64,000 nt of DNA from Candidatus Woesearchaeota archaeon (GCA_964493265.1 CAZBLY010000001.1:28119-92118), one strand, 5' to 3'; positions 48,087-58,036 are shown, counted from the stretch's first letter. Translations and numbers: made by a program. The notes: a model not told the origin generated them from the letters alone.

Positions 48087-48533
48087 ATGGTTTCTGCTTA
48101 TGAAGTCGTGGAAATAGCAAGAAAATCTGGAAAAGTTGAGAAAGGAACAAACGAAGTTACTAAAGCTATAGAGAGAGGTACTGCAAAATTTGTTGTTATA
48201 GCTGATGATGTTGAGCCTAAAGAGGTTATACAGCATCTTCCTTTGTTATGTGATGAAAAAGGAATTCCTTATACAATAGTTGATTCTAAAAAGAAATTAG
48301 GAATAGCTGTAGGAATTAATGTATCAACAGCTTCTGTAGCCATTATAGAAGCTGGAAAATCAGCATCACAATTATTAACATTAGGAAAATCAACAGCCAA
48401 AACTGCAGCAAAAGTAAAGCAAGTATCAGTAGAAAAAACAGAAGAAAAAGAAAAGAAAGAAGAAAAACCAAAATCTGAACCTGAAAAAGCTCCAGAAGAA
48501 GTTGAACAAGCTAAATCCACTGAACAAAAATAA
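48087..48533 (+). CDS. rpl7ae: ribosomal protein L7Ae (K-turn binding) with K/E-rich C-terminal extension
   Basis: [43 protein letters not shown] is the L7Ae core. The start was set at MVSAYE after the SD gagggaggttaaaatg. About 45 extra C-terminal residues are rich in K, E and P. Confidence 0.8.
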   Translation: MVSAYEVVEIARKSGKVEKGTNEVTKAIERGTAKFVVIADDVEPKEVIQHLPLLCDEKGIPYTIVDSKKKLGIAVGINVSTASVAIIEAGKSASQLLTLGKSTAKTAAKVKQVSVEKTEEKEKKEEKPKSEPEKAPEEVEQAKSTEQK

Positions 48534-48572
48534 AATAAATTAAACAAATAATAAAACAAGAACATCAAAAAT

Positions 48573-48863
48573 ATGATGAGAAAACAAGAAACAAGAGATG
48601 TTAAAGGAAAAGGTAAGAGAGGAATAGATAAAATAGTTGGTGGAGCTGTTCCTGCCGTAGTCCTAGAAATATCTGGAAGAACTGGCTTTAGAGGCGAGCT
48701 AACACAAGTTAAAGCCAGAATAATGCAAGGTAATGATAAAGGAAAACTCATAAGAAGAAATGTTAAAGGTCCTGTCAGATTAAAAGATATTCTTATGCTT
48801 AGAGAAACTCAAATTGAGGCAAGAAGAATAAGATCAAAAGTAATGAAAGGAGCTTATACCTAA
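48573..48863 (+). CDS. rps28e: ribosomal protein S28e
   Basis: [57 protein letters not shown] is typical of S28e. Confidence 0.85.
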   Translation: MMRKQETRDVKGKGKRGIDKIVGGAVPAVVLEISGRTGFRGELTQVKARIMQGNDKGKLIRRNVKGPVRLKDILMLRETQIEARRIRSKVMKGAYT

Positions 48864-48867
48864 TAAA

Positions 48868-49044
48868 ATGGCAAAATGTTCATTCTGTTCAAAAGATATT
48901 GGACCAGGCAGAGGAATTACTTTTGTAACAATAGAAGGCAGAATTTTTCATTTTTGTAGTAGAAAATGTAGAGTGGCTTTCAAATTAGGAAGAAATAAGA
49001 AAAAACTCGGTTGGATAAGAAAAAAGAAGAAGACCAAAAAATAA
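48868..49044 (+). CDS. rpl24e: ribosomal protein L24e (58 aa; below ORF-track cutoff)
   Basis: MAKCSFCSKDIGPGRGITFVTIEGRIFHFCSRKCRVAFKLGRNKK has the L24e Zn-ribbon pattern. The L7Ae-S28e-L24e order is the conserved archaeal arrangement. Confidence 0.8.
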   Translation: MAKCSFCSKDIGPGRGITFVTIEGRIFHFCSRKCRVAFKLGRNKKKLGWIRKKKKTKK

Positions 49045-49133
49045 TAAAACAAAGTAAAAAGTAAAAATTTAAATAACAATTCTTCTATTTTTATATAATA
49101 GAAATATTAAAAGAGGTAGAAAGAAAAGCAAAA

Positions 49134-50696
49134 ATGCCAGAATTGCCTGTTCCTAAAATTCCAGAAGCATCAAAACCAAAACACCCTATTATTAATCTTA
49201 ATCCAGAAATTCCTCCACTAAGAAGAATTGAAGATAAGACAAAAATAAATATCAGATATGTTTTAGTTGCCCCTTATGTAACAGCCCACATCTATTGGAA
49301 TGAAAAAATTTCTGAAGTTGTTTATGAAATCGAAGAACCTATATTAAACAGCTTTGAACAAAAAACTCTTGAAGATATTGAATCTGGAATGTTAGAACTA
49401 ATAAATCTAGGAGCAGCAGTTGAAAAAAGTCAAGAAGCCTTATTAACCTATATTGACAAAATGGCCAAACTAATATTAAATGAGCTTGGCAGAACTATAA
49501 ATAAAGAAAGTTATTTAAGAATTTTTTATTATCTTTATAGAGATTTTATTGGAATGAATGAAATTGAACCGCTTTTAAGAGATTTTTTTATTGAAGATAT
49601 AGAATGTAATGGCGCTAAAACCCCCGTCTATATTGTTCATAGAATTTATAGAAATATGAGAACAAATTTAAAATACAAGGAAATTCCAAAACTCGCAAAT
49701 TTTGTTGAAAAACTTGCTCAAAGATGTGGCCGTTATGTTAGTTATGCTACCCCTCTTTTAGATGGAACACTTCCAGATGGTTCTAGAGTCAATGCGACAT
49801 ATGCAACAGAAATTACAAGTAAAGGGCCAACTTTTACAATAAGAAAATTTACAAAAGTTCCATGGACTCCAATACAACTTATTTCAATGAATACTCTTAG
49901 CCCAGAAATGCTGGCTTATTTCTGGATTCTTATGGAATATAAATCAAATGTTCTTATTACCGGAGGAACCGGAAGTGGAAAAACATCTATGCTTAATGCG
50001 CTAGCTTTTTTTATCCCTCCAGAAGCTCGTGTTGTTTCAGTAGAAGATACTAGAGAAATAAATCTACCAAGAGAAAATTGGCTTCCAAGTGTTGCCAGAG
50101 CAGGGCTTGTAGGAGCAGGCGAAATAGATATGTTTACTCTTCTTAAAGAATCTTTCAGACAAAATCCAGATTATGTTATTGTTGGTGAAGTTAGAGGTAA
50201 GGAAGCTTTTGTTTTATTCCAAGCAATGGCAGCAGGTCATCCTTCATTAAGTACAATGCATGCAGATTCTGTAGAAACCATAATCAGACGTCTAGAAACG
50301 CCACCAATAAACCTAAACCCTACACTTGTCAATACTCTTGATGCTGTTGTTATTATGACCCATGCTATTGTCAACAAAGAAGAAACACGACGTTTAAGAC
50401 AAGTTACTGAAATAGTTGATGTAACAGCAGAAGGAATTGCTCTAACAAATATTCCTTTCAAATGGAATCCTTCTGAAGATTCATTTTATTTTAAAACAGA
50501 AAGTAAAGTTTTTGAAAAAATTTGTAAAAGATATGGTATTTCAAAAAAAGACTTACTTAAAGAATTCCATATAAGAACAAAACTGCTCTTTACTCTTTAC
50601 AAAAAGAAAATTTATGATTTTGCAACAGTTCAAAAAATAATCAATGAATATTACAAAAATCCAAAAAAAGTCATTGCAAGATACCTAAGAAGATAA
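49134..50696 (+). CDS. type IV pilus / archaellum-type secretion ATPase (ArlI/FlaI-PilB-VirB11 superfamily)
   Basis: Walker A VLITGGTGSGKTSMLNAL, Asp box VVSVEDTREINLP, His box region. 520 aa. Confidence 0.75.
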   Translation: MPELPVPKIPEASKPKHPIINLNPEIPPLRRIEDKTKINIRYVLVAPYVTAHIYWNEKISEVVYEIEEPILNSFEQKTLEDIESGMLELINLGAAVEKSQEALLTYIDKMAKLILNELGRTINKESYLRIFYYLYRDFIGMNEIEPLLRDFFIEDIECNGAKTPVYIVHRIYRNMRTNLKYKEIPKLANFVEKLAQRCGRYVSYATPLLDGTLPDGSRVNATYATEITSKGPTFTIRKFTKVPWTPIQLISMNTLSPEMLAYFWILMEYKSNVLITGGTGSGKTSMLNALAFFIPPEARVVSVEDTREINLPRENWLPSVARAGLVGAGEIDMFTLLKESFRQNPDYVIVGEVRGKEAFVLFQAMAAGHPSLSTMHADSVETIIRRLETPPINLNPTLVNTLDAVVIMTHAIVNKEETRRLRQVTEIVDVTAEGIALTNIPFKWNPSEDSFYFKTESKVFEKICKRYGISKKDLLKEFHIRTKLLFTLYKKKIYDFATVQKIINEYYKNPKKVIARYLRR

Positions 50697-50726
50697 AAAT
50701 AAAAAAAGACAAGATTAAAAATAAAA

Positions 50727-50900
50727 ATGATATCACAAGATAAAATAGCTTTTCTAATGCATTTAATAATATCTTCAAAAGAATCTCTTATTGCACTTGA
50801 ACAAGCTCTTAAAATTGGAGATGAAAAAAAAGTTGAGGAGATTAAAAATTCCCTTATAAAATTAAATAAAGCCACTAAAAAAAATTTAGACCAATATTAA
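50727..50900 (+). CDS. small helical ORF between pilus ATPase and platform genes (57 aa)
   Basis: MISQDKIAFLMHLIISSKESLIALEQALKIGDEKKVEEIKNSLIKLNKATKKNLDQY. It fills the gap in the co-oriented operon and has no class III signal peptide. Confidence 0.25.
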   Translation: MISQDKIAFLMHLIISSKESLIALEQALKIGDEKKVEEIKNSLIKLNKATKKNLDQY

Positions 50901-50913
50901 AGTTAAAATTAAA

Positions 50914-52200
50914 ATGGTTTCAATAACAGAAGAATCTTTAGAATCAATTAAATCGAACATAGATAGATCAGAAAAAATAGTTACAGAATTAATTAAATTA
51001 ACCCTTTCTTTTAATGTTACGAAAGCTGAAGAAAAATCTATGATTAAAAAATCAGCAGAAGCTTTAATTGAACAACTAAAAGTAATTAATGAACCTATAG
51101 AACTTCTCTTACTTAGTATAAATGTTGAAACTTTTCCAGAAGAAAAAAAGAAAAAAAGAAAATCAAAAGGAAAAAGGAAAAAATATGAAAGAATAACAAC
51201 CTTAACAGGCCCGGTTTATATTAGTCAAGAAAAAAAGCAGAAATTTCTTAAGGATTTGGGAATAGAAAAAAAATATATTAGAAAAATTAGAAAAAAAATA
51301 CTAAATAAAAAAATTCCAAAAACTCAGGAAATTTCAACACATTCCACTTTGGCATCTTTTTCAAACAAATTATTTTATAAAGTATCCTCAAATCTTTCTA
51401 AGACTGCTTTTTTTAAGGGGGTTCAAAAAGACTTAAGAAAGGCCAGCATGTCTTATACTCTAAAAACATATATTTCAATAACTCTTTTTCTAACCTTGCT
51501 AACTTTTATTGTCTCCTTTATTCTTGCATTATTCTTTACATCGTCATTTATTACAGGAATAAGAAATTTAGGAATAGCCTTGATTCTTACTATAATAATT
51601 TTCTTTCTTGCATTGAGTTGGCCAGCAAACACTGCATCATCAAACAGAAAAAAAATTGATTCAGAACTACCTTTCGCAACATCACACATGGCAGCAATCG
51701 CCTCAAGTAAAGTTGAACCATCAAGAATCTTTTCTATAATGACCCTATCAAAAGAATATATAGCAATAAGCATGGAATGCAGAAAAATAGTAAATCAAAT
51801 CAATGTTTATGGTTATAATCTTACAACCTCTTTAAAAAATGTAGCAAAACAGACACCAAGTAAAAGTTTTGCAGAATTAATCAACGGAATGGCTACAACA
51901 ATAACAACAGGGGGAAATTTAGCAACATATCTAAATGAAAGAGCAAAAGGAATTCTTTTAGATTATAAATTAAAACATGAAAGATACGCATCTATTATAG
52001 GGATGTATTCTGATATCTATACAGCCTTACTTATAGCGGCACCATTAATTTTTATGCTTTTATTAGCTATAATATCCATCATAGGTTCAACATTTATGGG
52101 GATGCCCGCCTCAACTCTAGCCAACCTTGGAATTATAGTTATAGCAGTTCTAAATGTTGCTTTCCTAATATTTTTACAACTAACCCAACCAAATATTTAA
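50914..52200 (+). CDS. TadC/ArlJ-like type IV pilus membrane platform protein, first T2SSF-domain half (with cytoplasmic N-terminal helical/K-rich region)
   Basis: Soluble N-terminal ~200 aa, then 3 TM segments and a T2SSF-like cytoplasmic segment (SFAELINGMATTITTGGNLATYLNERAKG). Confidence 0.5.
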   Translation: MVSITEESLESIKSNIDRSEKIVTELIKLTLSFNVTKAEEKSMIKKSAEALIEQLKVINEPIELLLLSINVETFPEEKKKKRKSKGKRKKYERITTLTGPVYISQEKKQKFLKDLGIEKKYIRKIRKKILNKKIPKTQEISTHSTLASFSNKLFYKVSSNLSKTAFFKGVQKDLRKASMSYTLKTYISITLFLTLLTFIVSFILALFFTSSFITGIRNLGIALILTIIIFFLALSWPANTASSNRKKIDSELPFATSHMAAIASSKVEPSRIFSIMTLSKEYIAISMECRKIVNQINVYGYNLTTSLKNVAKQTPSKSFAELINGMATTITTGGNLATYLNERAKGILLDYKLKHERYASIIGMYSDIYTALLIAAPLIFMLLLAIISIIGSTFMGMPASTLANLGIIVIAVLNVAFLIFLQLTQPNI

Positions 52201-52219
52201 AAAAATGAAAATTTAAAAA

Positions 52220-53053
52220 ATGAAAAAAATAAAAATAATCTCAATCATAACAGGAATTTTAATAATTATGTTCAGTGCTTTTTTCCTAAGAAAACTTTTT
52301 TATTTTATGTTAGGAATTTCTATAATTATTATGGTCTTGCCTTTTATTATTTCTCTTATTGCAGAATCAGGAAGAGAGAAAGAAAAAGAAGAAATGTTTC
52401 TCGAATTTGCCAGAAATCTTGTTGAGAGTGTCAGGGCAGGAACACCAATCTCCAAAAGTATTATTAATATTGCGACAAAAAATTATGCTAGTCTAACCCC
52501 CCATGTAAAAAAACTGGCTAATCAGATTAAAATTGCAATTCCTGTTAAACAAGCTCTAAAAACTTTCGCATCTGACATAAAAAACAAAGTTATTTCCAGA
52601 TCTGTTGAACTTATAATAGAAGCAGAAACTTCTGGAGGGGAGATAGGTTCTGTACTTGATGCAATTGTTAAAAGTGTAAATGAGATTGAAGATCTAAAAA
52701 AAGAAAGACAGGCAAGAGTATTCAGCATGGTTATTCAAGGATACATAATATTTCTCATTTTTGTTGTTATTATGCTTTTTGTTGAAATTAAATTCATGCC
52801 ACTTATAGCCGGGGCCTTAACAGGAACAGAAATTCAAACAACAGGCCTTGGAATCACCTTTGGAGGGGGTGGAGTTTCAACAGAAATAATTGAAAGATCT
52901 TTTTTTATTCTTCTCCTTGTCCAAGCCCTATTCGCAGGTCTTGTTATAGGAAAACTAAGTCAAGGCTCAATAAAATATGGAATTAAGCATTCAACTATCC
53001 TTCTTATTTTTACATTCTTAATTGTAAATGCGGCAAGAGCTTTATTAGGTTAA
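52220..53053 (+). CDS. TadC/ArlJ-like platform protein, second T2SSF-domain half
   Basis: TM helix, a T2SSF-like segment (SRSVELIIEAETSGGEIGSVLDAIVKSV), then 3 TM helices. Lies immediately downstream of the first half. Confidence 0.5.
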   Translation: MKKIKIISIITGILIIMFSAFFLRKLFYFMLGISIIIMVLPFIISLIAESGREKEKEEMFLEFARNLVESVRAGTPISKSIINIATKNYASLTPHVKKLANQIKIAIPVKQALKTFASDIKNKVISRSVELIIEAETSGGEIGSVLDAIVKSVNEIEDLKKERQARVFSMVIQGYIIFLIFVVIMLFVEIKFMPLIAGALTGTEIQTTGLGITFGGGGVSTEIIERSFFILLLVQALFAGLVIGKLSQGSIKYGIKHSTILLIFTFLIVNAARALLG

Positions 53054-53097
53054 CATTAATTAATAATTAAATCAATCAAAATGAAAATTACTAAAAA

Positions 53098-53544
53098 ATG
53101 AAATTCACTAAAAATTTAAAATTGTCTGTTGCAATAGCAATTTCTATTTTTTTGTTATTACTTGTAGCTTTTTGTGATTATTTTGCTTATCCTCTATCTT
53201 TTTGGATTTTTTCTTTTGCTCTTGCTATCGTTGCATCAATTTTTTATATATTCCTTACAAAAAAAATCTTAAATGGAGGTCTAATCTTTCTTAGTTGGTA
53301 TATTTTACTTGCAGCTGGACTTGAAGATTTATTTTTTTATATAATGCACGGTCCAATTCCAAAATCAATGTTTCATTTATATGATGAATCTTGGATGGGT
53401 TTAGTTGCAAGAATTTTGGGTCTTGAAACAGTCACTCTATTATCCTTAATTATTAGTATTATTTTGGGTGCAATTGTAATAATCATGCTAATACTTTTAC
53501 TTAAGTTTGTAAGAAATAAAAAATGGTGGCCCAAATGGCTCTAG
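53098..53544 (+). CDS. small 4-TM membrane protein in pilus locus (function unclear; possibly a minimal A24-like peptidase or accessory)
   Basis: 148 aa. Asp residues in the first (CDYF) and second (GLEDLFF) loop regions are spaced about 50 aa apart, as in preflagellin peptidases. The canonical GGxDxK motif is absent. Confidence 0.25.
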   Translation: MKFTKNLKLSVAIAISIFLLLLVAFCDYFAYPLSFWIFSFALAIVASIFYIFLTKKILNGGLIFLSWYILLAAGLEDLFFYIMHGPIPKSMFHLYDESWMGLVARILGLETVTLLSLIISIILGAIVIIMLILLLKFVRNKKWWPKWL

Positions 53545-53584
53545 GGATTAATTTAAAAATAATGAGTAATTAAAATTATTAAAA

Positions 53585-54847
53585 ATGATTAAAGCATTAA
53601 TAGTTATAATTTATTTTGTTTCTCTTTTTTTTATCACTTTCTGGCTTTTAGTTCTTGCTGAAAAAGGGATTGTAAAAGAAAAATCTAGTTTAAACATCAA
53701 AAAAGGAAAAATTGAGAAAGTTTCAATATGTATCCCTGCATGGAATGAAGAAAAAACCATTATTGAAACTATAAAATCTCTTTTAAAATTAGATTATCCA
53801 AGGAATAAAATAGAGATTATAATTGTTGATGATGGCTCAACAGATAGGACAAGTGAAAAAGTTAGGGAATTAATCAAAAAATATCCTAATAGAATTATTA
53901 AATTAATTCAACACAAAAAAAACCAAGGAAAAGGAGCAGCCATGAATACAGGACTTAAAATAGCCACTGGTAAATTTTTCATTAGTTTAGATGCAGATTC
54001 TATAATCAATCCAAATGCACTTAAAAAAATAATTCCTTATTTTGATGATATAGAGGTTACGGCGGTTCTTCCTCTAATTAAAATTCAACACAAAAAAACA
54101 ATCATGCAAAAAATTCAACATTGCGAATATCTTATAAATTTTTTCTATAAAAAATTAATGTATCTTTTAAATTGCGTTCACGTTACTCCGGGGCCTTTCT
54201 CAGTTTATCGAAAAAACATAATTAAAAAACTTGGAGGATTTGATGAAAATAATCTAGTAGAAGATCTTGAGATGGCTTTCAGGCTCCAGAAACATCATTA
54301 TAAAATAATCCAGCTCCTAGGAACTTATGCCCTCACTAAAGCTCCTGCAACTCTCGTTCAATTTTATAAACAAAGAAATAGGTGGTATAAAGGCTCTCTA
54401 ATAAATCTATTAAGCAGAAAATATAGGGGAATGATGTTTAATCATAAGTATGGTGATTTGGGTTTTTTTCAATTTCCAATGATTATTATTTCGGCCACCC
54501 TATCAATAGCTATTTTTATAATAATCTTTGGCATATATATTATAAAACCATTAATGATAAATATCCATAATCTTAGTTATATAAATTTTGATATAATTCC
54601 TTTAATCAAAAGTTTTGTACAGAATTTTGCTTTCAGAGACCTTAATCTAATTCCCGTATTTTATGGAACAACAATTTTCAGTTTTGCACTTGTCTTTCTT
54701 GGATTGGCACACCATTATACTAAAGAAAACTTAATAAAGAATGCCAAATCCATATTATTATATTTCATATTATATCCATTTATACTTTCAATAATATGGA
54801 TAGGAATAATCTTTGATTTTGTAACAGGAAGAATACAAAAATGGTAA
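53585..54847 (+). CDS. processive family-2 glycosyltransferase (cellulose/chitin synthase-like, Q(R/Q)xRW)
   Basis: N-terminal TM, IIVDDGSTD (DxD-type), NQGKGAAMNTG, SLDADS, the QRNRWYKG motif, then C-terminal TM helices. Confidence 0.7.
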   Translation: MIKALIVIIYFVSLFFITFWLLVLAEKGIVKEKSSLNIKKGKIEKVSICIPAWNEEKTIIETIKSLLKLDYPRNKIEIIIVDDGSTDRTSEKVRELIKKYPNRIIKLIQHKKNQGKGAAMNTGLKIATGKFFISLDADSIINPNALKKIIPYFDDIEVTAVLPLIKIQHKKTIMQKIQHCEYLINFFYKKLMYLLNCVHVTPGPFSVYRKNIIKKLGGFDENNLVEDLEMAFRLQKHHYKIIQLLGTYALTKAPATLVQFYKQRNRWYKGSLINLLSRKYRGMMFNHKYGDLGFFQFPMIIISATLSIAIFIIIFGIYIIKPLMINIHNLSYINFDIIPLIKSFVQNFAFRDLNLIPVFYGTTIFSFALVFLGLAHHYTKENLIKNAKSILLYFILYPFILSIIWIGIIFDFVTGRIQKW

Positions 54848-55548
54848 AAAAAAGAACAGAAAAAAGAATAAGACTTAAAAAAAGAAGATATGCTATTGCC
54901 TTAATTTTTGTTCTTTTGATTTTTGCTGCAGGAACTCTGTTTGGGTCTTATCTATCTAAAGAGAGGATAGATTACTTAGAAAATGAAGTTTATGTACATA
55001 GACTAAATTTCCAAAGCCTTCAACTCCAATCTTTATTTCTTTCATCATTAATAAGTCAAAATCGAACTGCAAATTGTGAAGCATTAAATTATTTTCTTGA
55101 ACAAAATCTTGAATCAGTTGCAGAAGCTCAGCAAAAAGTAGAAAAATACATGAGAGAGTCTGATAAAACAGTTTTCTATAACTATAAGAGAGAATATATT
55201 CAAGCCCAGATAAATTATTGGTTAATGTATCAAGAAGTTAAAAGAATATGCGAACCTAACCAAGCCGCTATATTATATTTTTATTCAAATGAAGCATGTA
55301 ACAATTGTGGGGCTCAAGGAACTATTCTAGACTACCTAAAAAACAAATTTGGACAAAGCATTCTAATTTTTTCTCTTGATGCAGATCTTATTGATGAACC
55401 AATGATTGGAATTTTAAAAGAAACCTATAATGTTGAAGAATTACCAAGTTTAGTTATTGAAGATGAATTACATGAAGGTTTAATGAATAAACAAGAATTA
55501 AGTAAAGAAATCTGCAAATACTTAGTTCATGATTTTTGCGAAGAATAA
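54841..55548 (+). CDS. membrane-anchored thioredoxin-fold (CxxC) protein
   Basis: N-terminal K/R tail plus a TM helix. FYSNEACNNCGAQGT has CxxC in a Trx-like context. The start overlaps the GT2 stop by 7 nt. Confidence 0.4.
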   Translation: MVKKRTEKRIRLKKRRYAIALIFVLLIFAAGTLFGSYLSKERIDYLENEVYVHRLNFQSLQLQSLFLSSLISQNRTANCEALNYFLEQNLESVAEAQQKVEKYMRESDKTVFYNYKREYIQAQINYWLMYQEVKRICEPNQAAILYFYSNEACNNCGAQGTILDYLKNKFGQSILIFSLDADLIDEPMIGILKETYNVEELPSLVIEDELHEGLMNKQELSKEICKYLVHDFCEE

Positions 55549-56990
55549 ACAAAATAAACTGAAATAATATTGCTACAATCATCAACAATTTGTTTCTCAA
55601 AAACGAGATTATTATGATTATCTAATATTGTTTTGTTAAAATAAGTTCCACCAATTTCATTATAAATAATATAATCAGGTTCATAAAAATCCACTAGATA
55701 ATCAATATCCTCAGTCCACAAAGAAGCAACTTTAGAATTTAAATGATAACCATACCAAGGCCATATATTGCTTAGAATAACAGAATCAGAAGAGACTCCT
55801 TGTTCTTTTAGACAATCAATTGATTTCATAATAGCATTATTCTTTTGACAATCAATTTTTTTATAAGAATCTTGTATTGAATTACTAATAATAACAAAAC
55901 TATTCACCAAGAGAGCTAGAACAACCAAAATAAAAATTATTTTCATTATCTTATCTTTATAATTTTTAATCCAAAGCAAGCCATGAAAAGCAACAATATA
56001 AATAAAAGGTAAAAAAGAAAGATAATAACGAGCCAACTTCAATCTTACAAAAAATAAATAATAAACAAAAGATACAATGGAATAAAAAACAATTAAAAAA
56101 TACCATCCTTTTTTATTCTTATTTTTAATTATCAAGTAAATAAGAGAATACAATCCTAAAATAAACAAGAAAGGAATCATAAAACCAACAGCAGCAAATA
56201 AATTATATATTTGATTTATTATTGGTTGTAAGGTGGTCCATTCTTTAAGAACAGAAAATTGTTCATAAAAATCCCAAATTGGATTTTTATATATCAGCCA
56301 ATTATAAACTAGCCATGGAATAAGAGGAATTAAAAAAAACAAGACAAAAATTCCTAAATCTTTCCATCTTTTTTTAAAAACAAAACATACACCAACAGAA
56401 AAAGCAAATAAAGCAAGGGGAAAACGTGCTAAAAAAGCAAGGGCAGCTATAAAACCAGCAAGGGCAATAAAAATATTTTTTCTCTTACTTTCATCAGACT
56501 TCAATAAAAAATAAAACGATAAAATTATAAAAAACACTGCAGGAATATCAGCATAAACACGAAAACCCCAAAATAAAAAAAGCGGGCATAGAACAAATAA
56601 TATAGAAAGTAAAAAAGATAGTTGTTTTGAAAAAAATCTCTTGCTTATCAAATAAATAAAGAATGCAGAAGCCAAGCTGAAAAGAATAATAACAAAACGG
56701 GCAATAAAAATACTTTCACCAAAAAGCCAAGAAAAAGATATAATATACTCAAGAAGAGGAAACCTAAAATCTTCTGTAAAGTTACTAATACCAAGATGGC
56801 TTCTAGCATTTCCTAGATAAACATTCTCATCCCATAAAAGCATAGGACTTAACCAATTTAAAAATAAAAATAATGCCAAAAGAACTAAAAGAAAAATTCC
56901 TATGGCAATAAATTCTGTCTTTTTCTTATTTTTCTTTTTCTTTTTTTTATTCTTTTTTTCTTTTTTTGATTTCATTTCCAAACCCACCAT
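55527..56990 (-). CDS. GT-C fold membrane glycosyltransferase (ArnT/PMT/GT39-GT83-like)
   Basis: K-rich N-terminal tail, about 11 TM helices, and an extracytoplasmic C-terminal domain. It is paired with the upstream Dol-P-sugar synthase-like gene. Confidence 0.5.
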   Translation of the reverse strand: MVGLEMKSKKEKKNKKKKKKNKKKTEFIAIGIFLLVLLALFLFLNWLSPMLLWDENVYLGNARSHLGISNFTEDFRFPLLEYIISFSWLFGESIFIARFVIILFSLASAFFIYLISKRFFSKQLSFLLSILFVLCPLFLFWGFRVYADIPAVFFIILSFYFLLKSDESKRKNIFIALAGFIAALAFLARFPLALFAFSVGVCFVFKKRWKDLGIFVLFFLIPLIPWLVYNWLIYKNPIWDFYEQFSVLKEWTTLQPIINQIYNLFAAVGFMIPFLFILGLYSLIYLIIKNKNKKGWYFLIVFYSIVSFVYYLFFVRLKLARYYLSFLPFIYIVAFHGLLWIKNYKDKIMKIIFILVVLALLVNSFVIISNSIQDSYKKIDCQKNNAIMKSIDCLKEQGVSSDSVILSNIWPWYGYHLNSKVASLWTEDIDYLVDFYEPDYIIYNEIGGTYFNKTILDNHNNLVFEKQIVDDCSNIISVYFVYSSQKS

Positions 56991-58036
56991 AAACTGCTTA
57001 AATATGTAAATATTGTTGCTATAGCAATACCAAAAATATTAGATACAAGATAATGCAAGCCTAAAGCTGTAAGAATCCATAGTATGCCCAGATTAACTAA
57101 CAAAGCAAAAATTCTGGCTATATTAAATTTGAACAGTCTTTTTAAAAGCCGGCCTTTTCTTTCTCTTCTAAAAGTCCATACATCATTAAGGATAAAATTT
57201 GATAATATTGATGCCTCGATTGCAATAATACTAGAAATAAGATAAAATAAACCAGCAAATTCAGTCAAAGTCCAAAGCAACCCTTCATTAAGAATAAATC
57301 CACTTACTCCAATAATACAAAATTTCAAAAATCTTTTATGTTCTTTTTGATGTCTAAAAAGTTTTAGAAGATGTTTAAATGCAACATAAGTCTGCTTAAA
57401 ATTAAATTTGCTTTTTTCTTTTTCTCTCTCTCCAAAGGAAAAAGGAACTTCAATAATCTTATCATAATCATAATGGGCTTTGGCAAGAATTTCTAATAAA
57501 ATCTTAAATCCATCTGGTTTCAATCTTGCCTTTTTTAAAATTTTCTTTCTAAAAATAAAAAATCCTGTTGAAGTATCTCTAATGTTCTGTGTTTTTGGAA
57601 CACAAATATGAGATAAAAAAATAAAAACTTTTGAAACAAATTTACGCCATAAACTAAAACCAACTTTAGATCCTTTAACAAAACGAGAAACAATAATAAT
57701 ATCTTTATTCTCTTTCTTCATCTTTTTCAACATTAATGCAATCATTTCTGGGGGGTGTTGTAAATCAGCATCCATCACACAAATAAAATCCCCTTTGGCT
57801 TTTTTAAAACCAACAATAACAGAATTACTTAAATCAAGTTCTCCAGTATTAAAAACCCTAATATTTAATTTGTATTTTTTTCCAAGTTTTTTTGCTATAA
57901 TATCTGTGCCATCTTTACTATTACTATCAACAAGGATTATCTCAGAATTTTTAATTTTTCTGATTCTTTTAAGCCTTCTAAAAAGTTTTTCAATATTTAA
58001 AGCTTCATTCTTTGTTGGAATTATTATGGATAACAT
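56972..58036 (-). CDS. GT2 polyprenyl-phosphate sugar synthase (DPM1/ArnC-like) with C-terminal GtrA-like TM domain
   Basis: MLSIIIPTKNEALNI, VDSNSKDGTD, DADLQHPPE, and C-terminal 4 TM helices (GtrA-like). It overlaps the downstream GT-C gene by 19 nt. Confidence 0.7.
   Translation of the reverse strand: MLSIIIPTKNEALNIEKLFRRLKRIRKIKNSEIILVDSNSKDGTDIIAKKLGKKYKLNIRVFNTGELDLSNSVIVGFKKAKGDFICVMDADLQHPPEMIALMLKKMKKENKDIIIVSRFVKGSKVGFSLWRKFVSKVFIFLSHICVPKTQNIRDTSTGFFIFRKKILKKARLKPDGFKILLEILAKAHYDYDKIIEVPFSFGEREKEKSKFNFKQTYVAFKHLLKLFRHQKEHKRFLKFCIIGVSGFILNEGLLWTLTEFAGLFYLISSIIAIEASILSNFILNDVWTFRRERKGRLLKRLFKFNIARIFALLVNLGILWILTALGLHYLVSNIFGIAIATIFTYLSSLWWVWK

Noticed and set aside
53098-53544. 148-aa membrane ORF as a pilin/archaellin
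   Set aside because: The N-terminus (MKFTKNLKLSVAIAIS...) lacks a convincing class III signal peptide [KR][GA] cleavage site, and the protein has 4 TM helices. It is kept as an unassigned membrane protein.
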